From: Candidatus Saccharibacteria bacterium QS_5_54_17
GTDB taxonomy: Bacteria > Patescibacteriota > Saccharimonadia > QS-5-54-17
Reading direction: 5' to 3'
DNA length: 64,000 bases
Assembly (NCBI GenBank): GCA_003022365.1
Contig: PXOU01000018.1
Location: 11,900 to 75,899, forward strand
Shown: positions 57,511-64,000 of the stretch, one piece after another
Layout of the letters: each line of letters opens with the position of its first letter
Position numbering within the stretch: the first letter of the stretch is position 1
Translations under genes and position numbers: made by a program
The notes under the pieces: generated by a model
What the model saw: only the letters and a program-made list of their open reading frames with translations
The model's database searches: none
Told to the model about the DNA's origin: nothing

Positions 57511-60228
57511 TTATCGCCGTTTTCGGAGTTTGACCGTTTGTTCCGGCTGGATTCCGGCATCTTTAGTTGGCTTATCCTGAGCCTGATTATTTCCCGAATC
57601 CGAATTTGATGGCTGCTGCTGCGGCTGTTGCTGCCGCTTTTGATTGCCGCCGCGGCGTGTGCCGGTTTGTTTGTCTTTTCGCTGGTCTTTTTGCGGGGCT
57701 TGTTGCCGGGCTTTTTGGCCGTTTTGCTGCTTTTGCTGGCCGTTATAGTTGTTATTATTGTTATTTTGCGCCTGCGCGTTGTTTGCTTGATTGTTCGGTT
57801 TCTGTTCATCCACGTTGGTCCAGGAGCGAATCATGGCCTCCACGTTACTCCGGGCTGAGGCGAAATGAGTCCGGGAGTGTTCGATGATGCTGGGTATATA
57901 ATCGGTCTCAATATCGGGCACCCGGAGCGAATGGGCGGTAAATGGCGGCGCCTTTTCCCCATCGATGTTCATGTTAATGATGAAATGCTGGTTATGGAGC
58001 CGGATTAGATCATCATCCTCGAAGGTCGGCGAGAAATAGCGCGCCAGGTAGGGCGCGTCGTCAGCGCTCACCCGGAAGGAAACAATAGAACCCACGTTGC
58101 CGAATACCGCGTCTCTGACTTCCTGGGACATTTGTGAGATGTATTGATTGGCTATGGTGAGGTTCAGGCCGTATTTGCGGGCTTCGGACAGTATGACGGC
58201 AAATGAGTCGGTGGCGAAATTCTGGAATTCGTCCACGTATAAGTTGAAGGGCCGGCGGTTTTCCAGGTGCGTAATGTTGGCCCGGCTCATGGCGGCCAGT
58301 TGCACCTTGGTCACCAGCAGCGCGCCTAGGGTGGCGGCGTTGTCTTCCCCCACCTGCCCCCGGCTGAGATTGATAATCATAATCTTTCCCTCATCCATAA
58401 TGGCCCGGATGCTGAAGGCGCTTTGAGGCTGGCCGATGATATTCCGTACCAATGGGTTAGCCGTAAAGGCGCCGATCTTATTCAGAATCGGGGCGACCGC
58501 TTCGGAAGCGAATTTCTCGTTCCAGGAAGCGAATTCATTCACCCAGAAGTTTTTGACCACCGGATCCTGGATGTGGGCAATCACGTCGTCGCGGAACGGC
58601 TTTTCCGTCAGCATCCGGGTGATGCCCAGCAGCGTGGCGTTGGGGTAATCCAGCAGGGCCAGAATCGTGTAGCGGAGAATATACTCCAGTCGTGGACCCC
58701 AGGAATAGCCGAACATGCGTTTCAGAGCACCCACCACTTCGGAGGAAATGTGGCTTTTCAGGCTGGGATCGGTAACTTCCAGCGGATTAAAGGCAATGGG
58801 ATATTCCGTGTCGGCGGGATTAAAGTAGACCACGTCCTGGACCCGGTTCTGGGGTATGTAACGGAGGACGTCAGCGGAAAAGTCGCCGTGGGGGTCAATG
58901 ACGGCAAACCCGCTTCCCTGGTAGATGTCTGAGAGCGTCAACAGCAGCATTAAATAGGTTTTACCGGTGCCGGTTTGGCCGACCACGTAGACGTGCCGGC
59001 CGCGGTCGCTGCGTTTAATGCCGAATTGGTGATTATGTCCGCGGAAATCGGTAACCCCGACCGGGCTCAGCTCTTGCTGGGGGACGGATTCCACCGAGGG
59101 CAGATTGGACGGCGGTTCGGCTGTCTTGTTGTTGGCCCAGACCATGTTGGGCGTTTCCACGTTGGTGTGCGGCAGATGGTACAGACTGGCCAGCTCTTCG
59201 ATGTTGAGAATCGAACCCCGCTTAAGGAACAGCCGCGCCCGGTAGTGTTTGACGGCCTCTTCCCCGCTGGCCCGGTCGCCGACTTTAAAGCTGTTGGTGA
59301 CGTCGTTGAACTGTTTGAAGGCGCCGAACAGTGCCTGCATCCGGAGCCGGGTCAGATTCCGGTCAGTGCCGATGTGCACGAACCGGATTTTGACTTCATA
59401 GCCGAGCTTGGCGATTTTGTCGTTGGCGGACTGGATCATGGCTTTTTGCTGGTCAGAGAGTTCCGGTTGGCTGCTGCCCTCCGATGAACCGGCCGGCGGC
59501 CGCCACAGGGCGACGAAAAAATCCCCCAGCAGTTTCTGAATTTTATTGCCGGCTCCGCCGCCTCCGCTCCTGAGCCGGGCGATGAAAGCTTCCCCCTTGC
59601 GGTGCCAACTGTCGTCGATGGGCCGGGCCAGAATCTGGATCCAGGCCTGTTCGCCCGGCTCTTCCAGCTTGGCCAGCACGGCGGTGATGCCGCCCAATGG
59701 GTCGACTTCAAAACTGTTGAACGTCTGGATCGGCAAATAATCGGCGTTGGCCAGTTTCAGTTCCATTGATTGGGCGATGTGATCTTCGGGTAATTCCTGT
59801 CGGGCGTAATCCTCGGGGACTTCGACAATGTTGACACTGGGGTACTGGGCGTATACCTGGCCCTCTATAAAGTTGCGCAAGTGGCGCGGCGCCCAGATAT
59901 AAAACCGGATTTGCTGGTTGACGGCCGCGATTTCGAAACTGATGTGCTCCTGGATCCCTCCTTCCTTTATCAGCTCCTGCTTGGGCCGGAGGATGCCGTG
60001 CAGGCTGGCGAATAGTTGTTCGGCCGAGAGTTCGCGTTTGTCGTTGTTGCGGGGTACCTCCAGCATCAGCAGCGTCGACTCGGATCCGGTTACCCACCGC
60101 TGTTTGCGGACGTTTTGCCATATGAAAAATCCCAGCACGGCGACCACGATGATCCAGCCGTACCAATCGAACAGCAGTTTACCCAAGAATTTGAGTATCG
60201 CAAACAGTATCGTTAAGAGAAGATCCAT
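57511..60228 (-). CDS. Membrane-anchored P-loop ATPase of the FtsK/HerA-TraD/TraG/VirD4 (coupling-protein/DUF87-like) superfamily; Q/N-rich C-terminal tail
   Basis: 2 N-terminal TM helices. Walker A GQTGTGKT and Walker B LYVDEFQNF. VIDPHGDF segment. Confidence 0.75.
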   Translation of the reverse strand: MDLLLTILFAILKFLGKLLFDWYGWIIVVAVLGFFIWQNVRKQRWVTGSESTLLMLEVPRNNDKRELSAEQLFASLHGILRPKQELIKEGGIQEHISFEIAAVNQQIRFYIWAPRHLRNFIEGQVYAQYPSVNIVEVPEDYARQELPEDHIAQSMELKLANADYLPIQTFNSFEVDPLGGITAVLAKLEEPGEQAWIQILARPIDDSWHRKGEAFIARLRSGGGGAGNKIQKLLGDFFVALWRPPAGSSEGSSQPELSDQQKAMIQSANDKIAKLGYEVKIRFVHIGTDRNLTRLRMQALFGAFKQFNDVTNSFKVGDRASGEEAVKHYRARLFLKRGSILNIEELASLYHLPHTNVETPNMVWANNKTAEPPSNLPSVESVPQQELSPVGVTDFRGHNHQFGIKRSDRGRHVYVVGQTGTGKTYLMLLLTLSDIYQGSGFAVIDPHGDFSADVLRYIPQNRVQDVVYFNPADTEYPIAFNPLEVTDPSLKSHISSEVVGALKRMFGYSWGPRLEYILRYTILALLDYPNATLLGITRMLTEKPFRDDVIAHIQDPVVKNFWVNEFASWNEKFASEAVAPILNKIGAFTANPLVRNIIGQPQSAFSIRAIMDEGKIMIINLSRGQVGEDNAATLGALLVTKVQLAAMSRANITHLENRRPFNLYVDEFQNFATDSFAVILSEARKYGLNLTIANQYISQMSQEVRDAVFGNVGSIVSFRVSADDAPYLARYFSPTFEDDDLIRLHNQHFIINMNIDGEKAPPFTAHSLRVPDIETDYIPSIIEHSRTHFASARSNVEAMIRSWTNVDEQKPNNQANNAQAQNNNNNNYNGQQKQQNGQKARQQAPQKDQRKDKQTGTRRGGNQKRQQQPQQQPSNSDSGNNQAQDKPTKDAGIQPEQTVKLRKRR

Positions 60229-60240
60229 CTACCCGTGGTT

Positions 60241-61260
60241 TTATTCGTTCAGGGCGTAGGTTGCTTTCGCTACGCGCTTAAATTGATCCTTCCCTTGTAA
60301 GTTTAATATAATTGTCGTCGGTTTTACATGGCGTTGCGTTAACACCCGTTTTATGATCTCGTCACGGTGTAGTGGCGACTCCTGTCTGAGAATGCCGGCG
60401 ATCACGTCCGCCACCGTACCGGCGCTAAAGCCCCACTCGTTCAGTGCGTAAATGCCCCGCCCGACTAATACAAACCGGTCATCTTTGATGAGTTCATTGT
60501 GAATCGCCTGGGTGGTCACGTTTTTCCGCTTAAAGTCGGATTGTTTAATTTCTTCGGCAATTTCATTGAAGTGCATCGGCGTTTGGTTGCGCTGGAGGAT
60601 GACGAAAATTTTGTCCCGGATGCTCTTGGGGTTAACTTGCGACCAGGTTTCCAGTCCCCATTTGCCGTCCAGATGCGTTAATCCTTTCACCGAACGGGCT
60701 AAGCCGTGGAGATGGTGTGCTTCCCAGGCGGAAAAATGGTTATGGAGGGTGGTCAGGTCGATGGGCTCGTTGAGCTTGTGGACGGTCTTGAGTAGATCAT
60801 CCCGGTGCTGGGCGAGGGTTTTGTGATCGTGGTGGGCGTGTAAAAACATGCTGTGATGGAAAAAATCGTTTTCGGGGATGACGGTAATGTCGGGTACCAG
60901 GTGGGCTAAGAAGTTGACGTGGGCGTGCTGGTCGGTTTCCAGGTGCCGGGATATTTCATGCAAGGGCGCGATCCGTCCCAACTCTTCCAGCCCGTTGACC
61001 AAATGCTCACGCAGCGCTTGCAACTGATCCTGCTCCATCTGCTGCAGGCGCAACAAGGTATGTTTCTCGATCTGCCTGACCCGCTCCCGGGTAATACCCA
61101 GTATACTGCCGATCTCTTCCAGCGTCTCCCGGCGCCCTTCCAAACCGAACCGGCGCCGAATGATCTCTCGTTCGCGATCCTTATCCACCGTATCCAGTAT
61201 GTCGGTTGCGAGTTGTTGGATATCGGGTTTTGCTACATCAGCCGTGGCCGTTGTTTCCAT
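60241..61260 (-). CDS. DNA-binding protein: N-terminal sigma-70 region-4 HTH plus two HARE-HTH-like winged helices
   Basis: Region-4 signature RRRFGLEGRRETLEEIGSILGITRERVRQIE. Two C-terminal …DDRFVLVGRGIYALNEW / …FKRVAKATYALNE segments resembling the RpoE-delta N-terminal domain. Confidence 0.65.
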   Translation of the reverse strand: METTATADVAKPDIQQLATDILDTVDKDREREIIRRRFGLEGRRETLEEIGSILGITRERVRQIEKHTLLRLQQMEQDQLQALREHLVNGLEELGRIAPLHEISRHLETDQHAHVNFLAHLVPDITVIPENDFFHHSMFLHAHHDHKTLAQHRDDLLKTVHKLNEPIDLTTLHNHFSAWEAHHLHGLARSVKGLTHLDGKWGLETWSQVNPKSIRDKIFVILQRNQTPMHFNEIAEEIKQSDFKRKNVTTQAIHNELIKDDRFVLVGRGIYALNEWGFSAGTVADVIAGILRQESPLHRDEIIKRVLTQRHVKPTTIILNLQGKDQFKRVAKATYALNE

Positions 61261-61292
61261 GGGGTGACTCTTTTCAGATTTTCCTATATATG

Positions 61293-61321
61293 ATTATAAA
61301 ACAACCGTTGCGGGGTGTCAA
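61293..61321 (-). promoter_or_regulatory. Consensus sigma70 promoter on the minus strand: TTGACA-N17-TATAAT
   Basis: Perfect hexamers with 17-nt spacing, ~30 nt upstream of ATG 61260. Confidence 0.6.
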
Positions 61322-61329
61322 TTGAGGAT

Positions 61330-61725
61330 TACATAAGGGCTTTCGCTTCTATGAAAACCGGACGAAATGTCATTCCTGAAATAGATTAAGAGTAGGCTTT
61401 GAATCTGTCATCCTGAACTTGGTTCAGGATCTGTTTCAAAATTATCCTCTCTTGTCATCCTGAACCTGCCTGCCGGCAGGCAGGCCGGAATGACAACGAG
61501 AGTGACGAAAAAGAAGTGTCATCCTGAACTTGTTTCAGGATCTATTTCAATGCTGATTCTGAAACAAGTTCAGAATGACGGAGGAGGCTAAGAATAACAA
61601 AGAGGTTTTGCGTTTTTTATCACTTACTTCCTGCTTCTTACTTCTTGCTTCCTGTTCCCTCTTCCCTGTCTACCGTCTACCGTCTCCTGTCTACTGACTC
61701 CCACTTGCTGCTTACTTCTTACTTC
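61330..61725. repeat. Mosaic intergenic repeat array; a reverse-oriented trailer 61600-61725 follows the topA stop
   Basis: Sequence identity. Confidence 0.8.
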
Positions 61726-64000
61726 TTACTGCTTGCTTTTTGTTCCTTGGTTGGGTCCCGAACGCGAAGCGCTCCCCGACTTCTTGGATGTCTTGGATTT
61801 CTTTTTGACGTTGTCCAGGATTTCTTGTGCCTGCGCCCGGTCCAGATCTTGGGGAGTGATGTTCTTGGGTATTTTGGCGTTTTTGGAGCCGTTGGTTACG
61901 TAGGGTCCGAACCGGCCGTTGAGCACTTTGATGCCGCCCAGATCAGCGATGGTGCGTTTAGCTTTTTGCTCCCGCTGCTGGGTCAAGGCGGTTCGGGCGG
62001 TGGTTTGGGAGACACTGAACGGGTCGTCGCCTTCGGGGATGGCCGCGAAAGTATCCCCGCTTTTGACATACGGTCCGTAACGGCCGTAGTTGGCATAAAT
62101 CTCCGATCCGTCTTCCTCGGTTCCCACATAGCGGGGAAGTTGCAATAGGCGCAACGCCTCCTCAAAGGTAACGGAATGGATCTTTTCCCCGTTTGGGATG
62201 GGGGCGAATTTCGGTTTCTGCTCGTCTTCGGGGCGCCCCAGCTGCAACATGGGTCCGTACTTGCCCATCCGGGCGATGACGGGCCGGCCGGTATCCGGGT
62301 CGGTCCCTAGCTCCCGGGCGCCGCTGGCTTGCTCGCGGGAAAGCGATCCCGCTGCTTCGACTTTTTCATGGAAGGGGCCATAAAAGTCGGCAATCATGCG
62401 GTTCCAGGCTTCCTTGCCGCGGGCGACGCGGTCGAATGCCTCTTCCACTTCTTTGGTAAAGTCGTAATCCACGATGTCATCGAACTGCTTGGTCAAAAAG
62501 TCGTTTACCAGCAAGGCGATCTGGGTCGGGAATAGTTTATTCTTATCCTGCCCGTACATGATGGTTTCCTCGGCTTCGGTGACATCACTTCCGCCGCTCT
62601 CTAGTGACAGCGTGACGACGTCGCGTTTGCTTCCCGGGGTATTCCCCTTTTCGACATATCCCCGGTCCTGGATGGTCGAAATCGTCGGGGCGTAGGTGGA
62701 GGGCCGGCCGATGCCCATGGCTTCCAGTTTCCGTACCAAGGCCGCTTCACTGTAGCGGGTGGGCGGGCGTTTGAAGGTTTGCCGTGCCTGGACGGCATTC
62801 CGGGTTAGCGCCTCGCCGGCCTCGACCGTCGGCAGCACGATGTCGGTGATGGCCGTATCCTGGTGCGCTTTTAGCCAGCCCGGGAAGGTAATGACTTCTC
62901 CTTTAGCTTTGAACGGACTGCTAAGGCTCGGGGACTGAATGGTGATGGCGGTTTTATTGAGGGTGGCGGCGGCCATCTGGCTGGCCAGGGTTCGGCCGCG
63001 GATGAGTTCGTACAAGCGTTGCTCGCCCTTATCATCGGAGACTGACTGGGCGGCGACATCGGTGGGCCGGATAGCTTCATGGGCTTCCTGGGCGTCGGAG
63101 CGGCTCTTATAGCTACGGTATTGATGATATTCGGCCCCGAAGGTTTGCTCGACCACGCGCTTGATCTGTCCCAGCGCGTTACCCGAAAGCGTTACCGAGT
63201 CAGTCCGCATATAAGTGATGTGCCCGGCTTCATAGAGGCGCTGTGCCAACGTCATGGTTTGCTTGACGCTGTATCCCAGTTTCCGGGAGGCGACTTGTTG
63301 TAAGGTGGACGTCGTAAACGGCGCGGCCGGGTTGCGCGTGCCGGGTTTTTCCGTCACGTCTCCGACCGTGAATTGCGCATCCGCCATGGACTCCAGTAAC
63401 TGGCGCGCCGTGGATGCATCCCGGACGGTTTCGGCCAGTTCCGCCGGCAGTTCTTCCCCGCTCTGGGTACTGAATGTTGCCGATATTTTGAAGGTGCTCT
63501 CAGGCTCGAAATCCTCGATCTCCCGTTCGCGCTCCACAATCAACCGGACGGCTACCGATTGCACCCTTCCGGCGCTTAACCCCGGCTGTACTTTCCTCCA
63601 TAAGAGCGGTGATATTTCATATCCCACCAACCGGTCCAGCACCCGCCGGGCTTGTTGGGTGTCGACCAGGTTCTGGTCAATGCTGCGGGGGTTCCGCATG
63701 GCTTCGGTTATGGCCTGGGGGGTAATTTCGTGGAAGGTGATGCGTTTGGTCGATTGTTGACTGAGTTCCAGCACTTGCATTAAGTGCCAGGCGATGGCTT
63801 CCCCTTCCCGGTCCTCATCGGTTGCCAGCCAGACCGTGTCCGCCTTTTGGGCCGCTTGCTTGAGTTTGCGTATCTGGGGCTGTTTGTTGTCGGGGACGAT
63901 GTATTGGGGTTCGAATTGGTTCTGGGTGTCGATGGCCATTTCCTTGGAGGGTAGATCCCGTACGTGGCCGTAACTGGAGAGTACGGTATACTCCTCGCCC
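61726..64000 (-). CDS. topA: DNA topoisomerase I (N-terminus beyond the window end)
   Basis: Toprim DREGEAI. Active-site region RLYEAGHITYMRTDS. GHVRDLP is visible at 63940-64000. Lys-rich C-terminal tail. Confidence 0.9.
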   Translation of the reverse strand, partial: GEEYTVLSSYGHVRDLPSKEMAIDTQNQFEPQYIVPDNKQPQIRKLKQAAQKADTVWLATDEDREGEAIAWHLMQVLELSQQSTKRITFHEITPQAITEAMRNPRSIDQNLVDTQQARRVLDRLVGYEISPLLWRKVQPGLSAGRVQSVAVRLIVEREREIEDFEPESTFKISATFSTQSGEELPAELAETVRDASTARQLLESMADAQFTVGDVTEKPGTRNPAAPFTTSTLQQVASRKLGYSVKQTMTLAQRLYEAGHITYMRTDSVTLSGNALGQIKRVVEQTFGAEYHQYRSYKSRSDAQEAHEAIRPTDVAAQSVSDDKGEQRLYELIRGRTLASQMAAATLNKTAITIQSPSLSSPFKAKGEVITFPGWLKAHQDTAITDIVLPTVEAGEALTRNAVQARQTFKRPPTRYSEAALVRKLEAMGIGRPSTYAPTISTIQDRGYVEKGNTPGSKRDVVTLSLESGGSDVTEAEETIMYGQDKNKLFPTQIALLVNDFLTKQFDDIVDYDFTKEVEEAFDRVARGKEAWNRMIADFYGPFHEKVEAAGSLSREQASGARELGTDPDTGRPVIARMGKYGPMLQLGRPEDEQKPKFAPIPNGEKIHSVTFEEALRLLQLPRYVGTEEDGSEIYANYGRYGPYVKSGDTFAAIPEGDDPFSVSQTTARTALTQQREQKAKRTIADLGGIKVLNGRFGPYVTNGSKNAKIPKNITPQDLDRAQAQEILDNVKKKSKTSKKSGSASRSGPNQGTKSKQ

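Noticed and set aside
57567-57887. Plus-strand ORFs overlapping the ATPase C-terminal Q/N-rich region
   Set aside because: Antisense of a low-complexity (CAA/CAG-rich) coding stretch.
600-61725. CRISPR array hypothesis for the repeat regions
   Set aside because: The repeats are palindromic modules of varying type, order and orientation. No regularly spaced identical direct repeats separated by unique spacers are present, and no cas genes are in the window.

Overview
This is a GC-rich bacterial chromosomal window that is densely coding on both strands. It is dominated by cell-division, envelope and information-processing genes. The + strand carries ftsA(partial)-ftsZ, secA, murD, an M16 peptidase, a PP2C phosphatase, prfB, ftsE-ftsX with a PcsB-like CHAP hydrolase, a CtpA-like S41 protease, rpmA, xseA-xseB, a histidine kinase with a single-domain response regulator, recO, glyQS and an atypically compact dcw cluster (mraZ-rsmH-ftsL-ftsI-mraY-ftsW-murG-ftsQ). 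The - strand carries pyrG, a PQQ-type sugar dehydrogenase, a second single-domain response regulator and a partial topA.

Four things stand out. (1) About 18 intergenic regions, roughly 7 kb by eye (more than 10% of the window), are built from a combinatorial set of short palindromic hairpin modules, a purine-rich Shine-Dalgarno-like and stop-codon-rich 'trailer' module, and an ~85-bp twin-palindrome element. These modules seed many phantom ORFs in the six-frame track. (2) A low-GC restriction-modification island lies between ftsZ and secA: a putative endonuclease, an HpaII/MspI-like C5 methyltransferase and Vsr. (3) A second lower-GC island encodes an N-terminal sigma-70-region-4 plus HARE-HTH-like DNA-binding protein and a 905-aa membrane-anchored FtsK/HerA/VirD4-type P-loop ATPase, driven by a textbook consensus promoter. 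(4) A structured ~160-nt leader with a strong intrinsic terminator, possibly a ydaO-type c-di-AMP riboswitch, sits upstream of a disordered acidic membrane protein.

Two sortase-type surface proteins (LPNTG and LANTG anchors) with PKD domains and poly-Gln linkers, a 734-aa protein with 29-aa tandem repeats, a 3'-truncated IS30 relic and a 4x GTGGGTA MraZ-box array are also present. Phylum is not certain from sequence alone. FtsA together with LPXTG-type anchors, an alpha2-type GlyRS and a reduced dcw cluster suggest a monoderm, reduced genome, possibly Patescibacteria/CPR-like.
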